Of a DNA stretch of 33,342 nt, positions 9,647 through 17,754 are shown in pieces. The stretch spans positions 1 to 33,342 of the forward strand of contig JBBSQY010000037.1 of the NCBI GenBank assembly GCA_038243585.1. The letters are read 5' to 3'. The notes under the pieces were generated by a model. It was not told where the DNA came from. It saw only the letters and a program-made list of their open reading frames with translations, and searched no databases. The first letter of the stretch is position 1. Every line of letters starts with the position of its first letter. This stretch comes from Candidatus Sumerlaeales bacterium. Its GTDB lineage: Bacteria; Sumerlaeota; Sumerlaeia; Sumerlaeales; Sumerlaeaceae. A program made the translations under genes and the position numbers.

Positions 9647-11260
9647 ATGAACTATATGTCAGTCCTGAGGGGCCTCGTTATCGTTACGCTTTTTGCAATC
9701 GCAAAAATTAGCGATGCTCAAGCGACCATAAATTCTTACCTCAACCCCTTGGACGTCTCTGTTGCAGACCCCTTTATTCTAAAAGATGACGGGACCTACT
9801 ACCTCTATGGGACAACCTATGACTCGAATGGGTTTGCCGTTTACACGTCGACGGACCTAGTACACTGGACCCGCCGCGGCCTATGCTGGCAAAAAACAGC
9901 ATTAACCTGGGGACAAGGCGACTTCTGGGCACCGGAAGTAATGAAGGCCGGCAGCACTTACTACTTCTATTACACAGCTTTTAACCCGGCGTCGAATCAG
10001 CGCAACATATGTGTCGCCACTTCAAGCTCGCCCCTGGGGCCTTTTACAGATGTCAGCACCCCCATTCTCCCCACCACAAGCCCTTACATAGATGGTCATC
10101 CCTACCAGGACCCGGCAACCGGAAAACGGTATCTTTACGCGACACGCGACGGCAGTTCCCCTTCAGCCATTGTTGTAACTGAACTTGCCAACCCACCGAT
10201 CGCCACAACCGGGCCGTTACGAAATATCATGACCGTAAGCCAGCCTTGGGAAGGAAGCTGGGTTGAGGCGCCCTTTATCATCCGACACAACAACTGGTAT
10301 TACATGATGTACTCTGCGCGGTGGTTCTGGGAGAGCGAGTATTCCATAGGCTATGCCACCTCAACCAGCCCGCTGGGGCCGTGGACAAAATCATCTATCA
10401 ACCCCATAATAGCGAAGACGTCAACAGCATCGGGGCCCGGTCATAACAGCGCGATATTGTCTCCGGATAACACGGAATTATTTACCGCCTACCATACCCA
10501 CCTGACTTTCGCGGGCGGCGGGGCTCGACAGTTAGCTATTGATCGCCTGGAGTTTACACCACACCCCACGCCGGGTCAGCCCGCCTTCCTCGCGCTGAAA
10601 GCAGGCTCTCCCACGACTAATTTCCAACCGCTACCCTCGGGGGCTCTACCTCGCGCTGCCGGCGTTAGTGACGATTTTCAAGCTGCTGCTCTTGATAGGA
10701 CCCGCTGGAACACCTTCGGTGAAGACGCCGCCCGGTGGAGCCTTCAGTCCGGACAGCTTGCAATAGAGACGCAGAACGGCGATTTGTATAGCGACCGCAC
10801 AGATGCGCATAACTTATTTTTGCAGTACGCGCCCTTAGATGATTTCAGTATGGAAACTCGCCTTAATTTCGCGCCCACTTCTAACTATGAGCAAGCCTTC
10901 CTGATTTTGTGGGAAGATCAGTCAAATTATATTAAACTGGGCAGCCTGTTCGGAGGAGGATCCGTCATTGAAGCCTCCGTAGAAAAAGCAGGCCAATATT
11001 CTGGAGTGACAATTACCAATACGTGGGGAAACAACGTCCGCTTGAAGATTGAACGCCGCGGCAGTAAATGTTACTGCTATGTGGGCAACGTAAGCGATCA
11101 AAACTGGTTGCCAGTCGGCTCACCGATAACTTTTTCAACGTTGCAACCGCAAGCAGGCATTGGAGCCTTTTCTCCAGTGAGCGGCGCAGTAAGAACCGCC
11201 CGCTTTGATTATTTTAACCTCATCTACACTTCCGCTGTAACTGATTGGCAACTCTATTAA
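9647..11260 (+). CDS. Secreted GH43 glycoside hydrolase with C-terminal ConA-like domain and SAVTDWQLY tail
   Basis: Signal peptide; catalytic set ADPF (Asp base), IDG (Asp pKa modulator) and VEAP (Glu acid); FWAPEV, SPLGPF, GPGHNS; DDF...W start of a beta-sandwich domain. Confidence 0.9.
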   Translation: MNYMSVLRGLVIVTLFAIAKISDAQATINSYLNPLDVSVADPFILKDDGTYYLYGTTYDSNGFAVYTSTDLVHWTRRGLCWQKTALTWGQGDFWAPEVMKAGSTYYFYYTAFNPASNQRNICVATSSSPLGPFTDVSTPILPTTSPYIDGHPYQDPATGKRYLYATRDGSSPSAIVVTELANPPIATTGPLRNIMTVSQPWEGSWVEAPFIIRHNNWYYMMYSARWFWESEYSIGYATSTSPLGPWTKSSINPIIAKTSTASGPGHNSAILSPDNTELFTAYHTHLTFAGGGARQLAIDRLEFTPHPTPGQPAFLALKAGSPTTNFQPLPSGALPRAAGVSDDFQAAALDRTRWNTFGEDAARWSLQSGQLAIETQNGDLYSDRTDAHNLFLQYAPLDDFSMETRLNFAPTSNYEQAFLILWEDQSNYIKLGSLFGGGSVIEASVEKAGQYSGVTITNTWGNNVRLKIERRGSKCYCYVGNVSDQNWLPVGSPITFSTLQPQAGIGAFSPVSGAVRTARFDYFNLIYTSAVTDWQLY

Positions 11261-11401
11261 TACGCACTGAGTCTTGTTTGTTCCCCGCGGTTGACGCCCG
11301 CATAAGGGACGAACGTCGCCCTCAGCTTAGAAATTGAAACCAAGCGATCCGCGAAAGACCTTGCCGTCAGACTTAAAGCCAAAAAAGGTGCAATTCATTT
11401 A

Positions 11402-11430
11402 TTGGGAGAGCGTTATTTCAGGTTTAAACT
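11402..11430 (+). promoter_or_regulatory. Putative sigma70 promoter pointing into a CDS-free structured region
   Basis: TTGGGA (11402-11407) - 17 nt - TAAACT (11425-11430). Predicted TSS near 11437, next to the outer stem of the RNA candidate. Confidence 0.35.
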
Positions 11431-11436
11431 GCTCCC

Positions 11437-11600
11437 CCCGCTACTGGTAATCATATATTAAATAATCCCTCATAGCAGTTCCATCCCGTGCGAAACACAG
11501 GAAATTGCAATTCGTATATTTGCAGTTACTATACATAAATGGGAAAATGGAAATATGAGCGCACTGACCGTACATGACGATCACGTACCAGTAGCCGGCG
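11437..11600 (+). ncRNA. Candidate structured non-coding RNA (long nested hairpin with central bubble, family unassigned)
   Basis: Nested stems: GCTACTGGTA 11440-49 / TACCAGTAGC 11586-95; TCAT 11451-54 / ATGA 11574-77; CTCATA 11469-74 / TATGAG 11554-59; TTCCAT 11479-84 / ATGGAA 11547-52; CCC/GGG; AATTGCAA 11503-10 / TTGCAGTT 11520-27. Lies between convergent genes. Confidence 0.35.
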
Positions 11601-11626
11601 ATCAAATCGTGGTCGAAGAAAGACCT

Positions 11627-13153
11627 TTAATTTTTTTTCTTAAAACCCGGTTTTTCCAAAGCAACCGCGTTGCTTAGCCGCGCATAGGCGCCCATCAGCG
11701 GGTCGTACATCCGTCCGAAATTCTGCACTGCCACGGTATCCAGCGCTGCGCAATGGTCGTCCGACAATTTGAATTGGGTTGGGATGTTGCGAAGCGTATC
11801 CTGCGTTGGCTCATCGTACCCTTCCATACGGACAAACACCACTTCCAACTCTTCCGGATTGTGGTATTCGCCCAATAGGCTGTTATAGTATGCCATCGGC
11901 TTTAAAGTGCCGATATCATACATTCGTGCTATGACCGTCGACGGGCCGAAAATCTTGCCCTCTTTCAGCTTCAGCGTTTCCATCCGTTCACTGCCGTCTA
12001 CGATGATCAGTAGAATTGGCTGATCACGGTCTATCGTCTTTACCAGGCTCAGCAGCGGGTCCACACCCTCGTTTTCATAAAGGCCACCGTCGGCTACATA
12101 TGCGATCCGGCTCTCAAGCAGCTTTCTGTCCACCCGGCCAAGCAGTTCCGGCGGCACCTGGTTTGGATAAACTCGCATCGGAACCGGAGCAAGAACGATG
12201 GGGTAGGCTGCGCTGGCGGCCAGCGCTTTGCTTAGTGGATAGGATCCGATATCACTGCCAAAATCCGCGAAAGTTAGCGGCTGAACGAGGTTACGCAGTA
12301 TCTGCCTGTCAGTTTCAGGCATTGCTACATTTCCCTGCTCGGGGCCCATTAATGAGGGGAATCGCGTGCCTGGTAAATTGGTCATCACAAGCCGCTGACC
12401 GCTGTTATAAACCGTACCGTTAATCAGCAGCGTGGGAGTCGGGTCAACCAAACGCGTTTCCTTCGCCCGCAGGTCGTTGAACGTCAATTTCTGGTCGCCA
12501 ATCAACTTGTCTATTTCATCGGCGAGCAAATCGGTTCGAGTAACCGAGGACGCGAGCAGTTGGAACGCCAAGGGTGGAAACAGCGCCATATGGCCGTAGG
12601 TGCGCCACTGCAGATTGACCGATACCGCCGCTTTCATTTCTTCAAAAAAGCCGGGCTGCTTGCGACGATCAAAGTTGGTCACATACCATGATGACGCAAG
12701 ACCGCCGGCGGATACCGTACTAATGACTTTTACGGTATCAAGCAGGCTGTACATTGGTCTGCCGTCGGAAAGCACCTGGTTCTGCACGCCAGGCATAGGC
12801 ACTTTGGACATCTCTTCCATTACACGGGCCGCATAATAGGCGGATCTGCTCCCGCCGCCGCTAATGGCCATCAGAACAAGGGGCTGGCCAGCCACATATG
12901 GTTGCAACTGGTAATCCCACCGCTGAGTGCCCGGCGATAAAGGATGATTATCCGCATTGGTTCCAAGCGGCAATGGATTATGGCTTGAATTATACTGAGG
13001 CACCGCCTGCGCCACCGGCGGCGGAGAAGAAGCTGGCTGTGCGCCCAAAACTGAAGTAAACAGCGCCAAGGCGCAAGTCGCAGCTGTCCTGTTCAATACA
13101 TTAAATATCCACGAGCGACGGACGGGCGGCGATGACAATTTTCGATTGATCAC
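11627..13153 (-). CDS. Exported patatin-like phospholipase
   Basis: Oxyanion loop AISGGGSRSA, nucleophile elbow STVSAGG, ASAAYP and catalytic DGG (VADGGLYEN). N-terminal signal with RR (VRRSWI); GTG start. Confidence 0.85.
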   Translation of the reverse strand: MINRKLSSPPVRRSWIFNVLNRTAATCALALFTSVLGAQPASSPPPVAQAVPQYNSSHNPLPLGTNADNHPLSPGTQRWDYQLQPYVAGQPLVLMAISGGGSRSAYYAARVMEEMSKVPMPGVQNQVLSDGRPMYSLLDTVKVISTVSAGGLASSWYVTNFDRRKQPGFFEEMKAAVSVNLQWRTYGHMALFPPLAFQLLASSVTRTDLLADEIDKLIGDQKLTFNDLRAKETRLVDPTPTLLINGTVYNSGQRLVMTNLPGTRFPSLMGPEQGNVAMPETDRQILRNLVQPLTFADFGSDIGSYPLSKALAASAAYPIVLAPVPMRVYPNQVPPELLGRVDRKLLESRIAYVADGGLYENEGVDPLLSLVKTIDRDQPILLIIVDGSERMETLKLKEGKIFGPSTVIARMYDIGTLKPMAYYNSLLGEYHNPEELEVVFVRMEGYDEPTQDTLRNIPTQFKLSDDHCAALDTVAVQNFGRMYDPLMGAYARLSNAVALEKPGFKKKN

Positions 13154-13233
13154 AATTTGCAGATTTCTTCACAGAAAGAATAGTGTGTGCAAGGGAAACA
13201 TCTCTCCTCATTTTTTATGAAACGGGTACCGGC

Positions 13234-14058
13234 ATGGAACTGGAATTTACAAAACTCAGTGGCGCAGGTAACGATTTCGTCGTGATTGACAACACGGATG
13301 GCAAATTAGCGGAAGCAGGCCGACGCGAATTGTTCAGTGGGTGGTGCCGTCGGGGGATGGCTATTGGCGCGGATGGTGTGCTTCTTGTGGAGCCTTCAGA
13401 TGCCGACAGCGACTCCCATTTCCGCATGCGATATTACAACGCGGACGGCGGAGAAGCAGAGACATGCGGCAACGGGAGTCGCTGCATTGCGCGGTTTGCA
13501 TTTGTCAAAGGTATTGCTCCGCGCGAAATGACGTTCCAAACTCTGGCCGGAAATTACAGAGCAGAAGTGCTGGAAAATAATGAGGTCCGCGTGCAGATGA
13601 GCGATGCGCACGGTCTGCGGGAGTCCATCGTCATTGCAGATGAGACAGTGAACGCGACAGTCGATTTTCTTAACACCGGAGTGCCACACGTTGTTCTCAT
13701 GCAGGATGACCTCGCCGGGGCCGCCATTGTGTCGATTGGGCGGCATCTTCGTCATCATGCCGAATTTGCTCCTGCGGGAACAAATGTCAATTTTGTCAAG
13801 GTCGTTGGTTCTCATGAGCTCGAGGTGCGAACCTACGAGCGCGGCGTGGAGGATGAAACTCTTGCCTGCGGCACCGGATGTATCGCCTGCTCAATCATTG
13901 CCGTGCGGCACGGCCTGACCCAAGTGCCTGTGCAGGTCAAAACCGCAGGCGGCGAGAGGCTTACAATAGATTTTCAGCTTAGGGATGACGGCGCGACAAA
14001 TGTCACTCTGCAAGGAAGTGCTCACATCGTGTATCGCGGGTATGTCGAACTAGCATAG
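13234..14058 (+). CDS. dapF: Diaminopimelate epimerase
   Basis: FTKLSGAGNDF, IGADG, NADG-x-x-AETCGNG, GVPH, GTNVNF, RTYERGVEDETLACGTG; both catalytic Cys present. ATG at 13234 preferred over GTG 13183. Confidence 0.97.
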   Translation: MELEFTKLSGAGNDFVVIDNTDGKLAEAGRRELFSGWCRRGMAIGADGVLLVEPSDADSDSHFRMRYYNADGGEAETCGNGSRCIARFAFVKGIAPREMTFQTLAGNYRAEVLENNEVRVQMSDAHGLRESIVIADETVNATVDFLNTGVPHVVLMQDDLAGAAIVSIGRHLRHHAEFAPAGTNVNFVKVVGSHELEVRTYERGVEDETLACGTGCIACSIIAVRHGLTQVPVQVKTAGGERLTIDFQLRDDGATNVTLQGSAHIVYRGYVELA

Positions 14059-14180
14059 AAGAATTGAAGCAGCATAAGCGTTCCGCCTGTAGGAACGTTG
14101 TCTACACCAGGTAGTATTGACTTCTAAATTATCGGCCTCCCCCTCTGAAACAGACGACATGCCTATGCTACCTGCAAAAA

Positions 14181-14202
14181 GTTTGTGCAAGATTTCACAA
14201 AC
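14181..14202. promoter_or_regulatory. Palindromic operator (Rex-box / CRP-family-like) upstream of the ctaA operon
   Basis: GTTTGTGCAAGATTTCACAAAC. The core 14183-14200 differs from the Rex consensus TTGTGAANNNNTTCACAA at one position. Confidence 0.65.
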
Positions 14203-14346
14203 TCCCTTCAGATCAATAAATAAGTTAGCCTGCGTTTAAGTATCATTAAGAGGTGAAAGCTCGTCAATTTTGTGATTGTTATACGGCGGGAATTTTATCA
14301 ATAATGATTGGACTTCCCGCATGAAGTCAGAAACTCTTTCCTCTCA

Positions 14347-15360
14347 ATGAAGAATTCCGGAAATCCCTCTGCGGATCTTATATTAACCGGCCAGACGGAA
14401 CGCATTGCCTCCGTATGTCCCTCGACCGTGGTGCGCGTCATGGCCAGGGTCACCGTGGTCGCCACCTTTATTTTGCTTTTAGCCGGGGCCCTTGTGACCG
14501 GAAATAAGGCAGCCATGTCAGATCCCACGTGGCCCACGTTTGTGGGGCACGTGGTGCCTAAGTACTGGGCAGGCGGGCTGAAATATGAAGATAGCCACCG
14601 CCTTATCGCAGGTTCTGTAGGAATTCTTACGCTCATCCTCGCGATTTGTATCCAATTTAAAGACCCGCGCCGTTTCATGATACGGCTTGGCTGGTCAGCC
14701 TTTGCGCTGGTCGTCGTTCAGGCATTGTTTGGCGGCCTCATCATCAAAAGCATGCGTCACCCGGCCATATCCATGATTCACGCATCTTTGGCCCAGGCCT
14801 TTTTTTGTGTTACAATTGCCATCGCCGTGTTGACCAGTACCTCCTGGTTCCGTGATCTGGCCACTTCTCAGGTTTTGCGCCAGTCAAACCGCGGTTACCT
14901 ATCACTGATGAAATTTACGGTCTTAGTAGTTTACCTCCAGGTCATCATGGGCGCGGGTGTTCGCCATTCCAATGATTCCACGGATATGTTTCTCCCCTAT
15001 CTACTCGCACACATCGCTGGAGCCTTTGCGGTAATCTGCACTGTCATCTGGTTTAATCTGCGCACATGGCATATTTACCGCGATGTTACTCCCCTGCGTA
15101 GAACCGCTATATGGGCTGCGTCGATCGTCCTTTATCAGATTGTTTTCGGCATCCTTTCCATTTTCGCGAACCGGGCGAGACTCCAGCCTGAAATGGCGGA
15201 AACTTTTCACGTTCTGGTATCCACTGCCCATCTGCTGGGTGGCGCGACACTGCTGGCGCTGATGCTTGGGTCCACCATTCGCGCCTATCGGATTCTCGAT
15301 CGTTCCACGCCTGGACCTTCCCCGGGTCGGGCCTATCAATCCCAGGAGATGCCCGCATGA
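14347..15360 (+). CDS. ctaA: Heme A synthase (CtaA/COX15 family), lacking the loop cysteine pair; start uncertain
   Basis: About 8 TM; EDSHRLIAG (E-x-x-HR) plus conserved His in IHASLA, LAHIAGA and TAHLLGG; ATGA overlap with ctaB. ORF track starts at TTG 14308; first in-frame ATG is 14347. Confidence 0.85.
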   Translation: MKNSGNPSADLILTGQTERIASVCPSTVVRVMARVTVVATFILLLAGALVTGNKAAMSDPTWPTFVGHVVPKYWAGGLKYEDSHRLIAGSVGILTLILAICIQFKDPRRFMIRLGWSAFALVVVQALFGGLIIKSMRHPAISMIHASLAQAFFCVTIAIAVLTSTSWFRDLATSQVLRQSNRGYLSLMKFTVLVVYLQVIMGAGVRHSNDSTDMFLPYLLAHIAGAFAVICTVIWFNLRTWHIYRDVTPLRRTAIWAASIVLYQIVFGILSIFANRARLQPEMAETFHVLVSTAHLLGGATLLALMLGSTIRAYRILDRSTPGPSPGRAYQSQEMPA

Positions 15361-16268
15361 ATAACGAAGCTCTAGCACCCCAAATCAATGATTCAGCGAC
15401 AGCAATTGCTAAAACATCAGTGCTTCGCGACATAATGGTATTAGTCAAACTCAGGATGGGATTTCTTGCCGCAATAATTGCCCTGGCCGGTTATTACATG
15501 GGATCAGTAGGCGCGGTCAGTTTCACGGGAATGCTCCATGTGTTTTTTGGCACCTGGATCGTTTGCGCAGGTGCCTTCCTTTTAAATATGCACATGGAGC
15601 GAGACATCGATGCGCTCATGAGAAGAACCAGCGACAGGCCTCTGCCGACCGGCCGAATGGCTGCTACCCCAGTATTAATCGCCGGACTGATTACCAGCGT
15701 ATTTGGGCTTGCCTACCTGGCCCTTACCACCAATTTTCTGGCAGCTGCCGCAGGCGCCGTTGCATTATTCGGGTATGTTTACGTCTACACTCCCCTTAAA
15801 CGCGTTACCACATTAAACACAATTGTGGGCTCTTTTCCAGGTGCCATGCCCCCGATTATAGGATGGGCGGCAGCCTCCGGCGAAATTACCAGCGGCGCCA
15901 TTGTCATGTTTATGATCCTGTTCCTGTGGCAGGTTCCTCACTTTCTTGCACTGGCGTGGATGTATAAGGACGACTACCGCGAAGCCGGTTTCGTGATGAT
16001 AACCGCCGACGATGAAGACGGAAGCTTTACAACCCGGCAAAATCTGATCTACGGGATCGCATACATCTTTATGACTTTTCTTCCTGTCGCCTTTGGGCTT
16101 GCCGGTTATTGGTATCTCGCCGCGGCGGGACTCTCTGGAATCGGGTTTATCTGGCTTTGCCTTAAGTGGTATGCCCACCGCGAACGCGCCAACGCTGTTC
16201 ATGTTTTCGTGGCCACGCTTTTTCACTCGCCGTTGATCTACATCATGATGGTCATAGATAAAGTGTAA
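15357..16268 (+). CDS. ctaB: Protoheme IX farnesyltransferase (heme O synthase, CtaB/CyoE)
   Basis: ERDIDALMRRTSDRPLPTG, YTPLKR, GSFPGAMPPIIGW, LWQVPHFLALAW, DDYREAG. SD AGGAG. Confidence 0.96.
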   Translation: MNNEALAPQINDSATAIAKTSVLRDIMVLVKLRMGFLAAIIALAGYYMGSVGAVSFTGMLHVFFGTWIVCAGAFLLNMHMERDIDALMRRTSDRPLPTGRMAATPVLIAGLITSVFGLAYLALTTNFLAAAAGAVALFGYVYVYTPLKRVTTLNTIVGSFPGAMPPIIGWAAASGEITSGAIVMFMILFLWQVPHFLALAWMYKDDYREAGFVMITADDEDGSFTTRQNLIYGIAYIFMTFLPVAFGLAGYWYLAAAGLSGIGFIWLCLKWYAHRERANAVHVFVATLFHSPLIYIMMVIDKV

Positions 16269-16320
16269 TTAACAAATCCCCGCAGACGTCGGCGCGGACA
16301 GAAATATTTCACGCAACATT

Positions 16321-17109
16321 ATGGAAAATAATAATATGTCGTCATCAAATCAGGACCCGTTAAACCCACAGCATAGTCAGGCTGAAAGCACAGAAGCGGA
16401 AAACCAGCGGATTGCCCGGCGTCGATCGATAATGCCTCGCCTTATCGGTGGCTCTCTTATATTTTTTGTATTAATAGCCCTAATCGGCGCGGCGCTGTTT
16501 CAACAATTACGCAAGAAGCAGGTGCCTCCTCCCCCGCCCATTCTGGGTCAGGTAAGCGCACCTACTTTTACGGATGAAACCAATACTTCTTTTTCTATCA
16601 CCCAACTGGACGGTCGCATCTGGGTAGCCGATTTCATCTTCACCCGCTGCGGCACCCAGTGCCCTGTGATGACGTTTAACATGAAGAAGCTGCAAGACTG
16701 GCTTATCGAGAACGAACAGGGAAACGTGAAGTTGGTTTCTCTTACGGTGGATCCAGAAACCGACACTCCGGACGTAATGCGCCAATATGCCCGATCGGTT
16801 AAAGCCGACGAAGGAAGATGGCATTTTTTAACTGGTGACCGCCAGACTATCTATGATTATATTATTAAAGAATTTAAGCTGGGTGCAGACGAAAACGAGG
16901 GCCAGTCTGTGGCTGATATGTTTGTACATAGTGACAGGTTTGTTCTCGTAGATCGCGACCGCAATATCCGCGGCTATTATTCCGGGCAAGACGACGTCGC
17001 TCTTGAAAAACTACGCAACGATATTGTTAGCATTTCACGGGATGGCGAATCTGCCACTGGAAACGTTGGCATACCGCGAATTACCTTCAACGGTCCAATT
17101 ACAAAGTAA
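16321..17109 (+). CDS. SCO1/SenC family copper chaperone
   Basis: N-terminal TM anchor; FIFTRCGTQCP (CxxxC), TVDPETDTP, WHFLTG, conserved His in HSDRFVLVD, IRGYY. Confidence 0.93.
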   Translation: MENNNMSSSNQDPLNPQHSQAESTEAENQRIARRRSIMPRLIGGSLIFFVLIALIGAALFQQLRKKQVPPPPPILGQVSAPTFTDETNTSFSITQLDGRIWVADFIFTRCGTQCPVMTFNMKKLQDWLIENEQGNVKLVSLTVDPETDTPDVMRQYARSVKADEGRWHFLTGDRQTIYDYIIKEFKLGADENEGQSVADMFVHSDRFVLVDRDRNIRGYYSGQDDVALEKLRNDIVSISRDGESATGNVGIPRITFNGPITK

Positions 17110-17540
17110 TGGCATTTTCCCCATCAGACCTCCCTGCTATAAATGCAGTCCTTAACAGCGTCAGTACTGTATTCATTGTCGCCGGTTGGATTAACATCTT
17201 ACGAAATAATAAGCGCACCCATGCCGCCTGCATGATCGCCGCGTTATGTACATCGTCAGTTTTTCTTGTCGGTTACCTGGTGCACAAGTACTATAATGGT
17301 ACCACCAGATTTACCGATCCGGCCTGGGTGCGACCATGGTATTTTTTGCTGTTGTTTACTCATCTGGTGCTGGCTATTGCAATTGTTCCACTTGTGATCA
17401 AAACGGTTTACCACGCCTCGCGGCGTCAGTGGGATAAACACCGGCGCATCGCCCGTTGGACAATGCCAATCTGGCTATATGTCTCCGTAACTGGAGTGCT
17501 TGTCTACTTTACCCTCTATCAGTGGTTTCCTCAGCACTAA
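17109..17540 (+). CDS. DUF420 membrane protein (CtaM/YozB-like oxidase assembly factor)
   Basis: 4 TM; LPAINAVLN, HAACM, FLVGYL, THLVLA, HRRIARWTMPIWLYVSVTG; TAATG overlap with the SCO gene. Confidence 0.92.
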   Translation: MAFSPSDLPAINAVLNSVSTVFIVAGWINILRNNKRTHAACMIAALCTSSVFLVGYLVHKYYNGTTRFTDPAWVRPWYFLLLFTHLVLAIAIVPLVIKTVYHASRRQWDKHRRIARWTMPIWLYVSVTGVLVYFTLYQWFPQH

Positions 17541-17691
17541 TCGAGGAATCCACCCGAGTGAAAAAGAGCTGGTTCAGCATGGGGCTGCGGCGTCTGTCTG
17601 CCCACGAGCCAGCAAACAAGAGCTAACCATGTCGCCACCCTAACCATGACAAACCGCTTAGTGAATGCGGTCATCCGAATTCTCTTTTGGG

Positions 17692-17728
17692 AAAAAAAAT
17701 GCCCTGACGGAAGTTGTTCCGCCAGGGC
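17692..17728 (-). terminator. Rho-independent terminator of the pilM-Q operon
   Basis: Minus strand reads GCCCTGGCGGAA-CAAC-TTCCGTCAGGGC-A-T8: a 12-bp stem with one G-U, 26 nt after the pilQ stop. Confidence 0.85.
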
Positions 17729-17754
17729 TTATAATTTTCGCTATTACTACGATG

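Noticed and set aside
11231..11260. Reading the SAVxDWxxY tail as a BAM beta-signal of an outer-membrane barrel
   Set aside because: The terminal aromatic fits, but neither protein has a membrane beta-barrel and the tail lacks strict alternating hydrophobic periodicity. Not adopted as the annotation.
11440..11595. MITE interpretation of the 10-bp inverted repeat
   Set aside because: No target-site duplication, no second copy and no transposase in the window; the internal nested pairing fits an RNA fold better.
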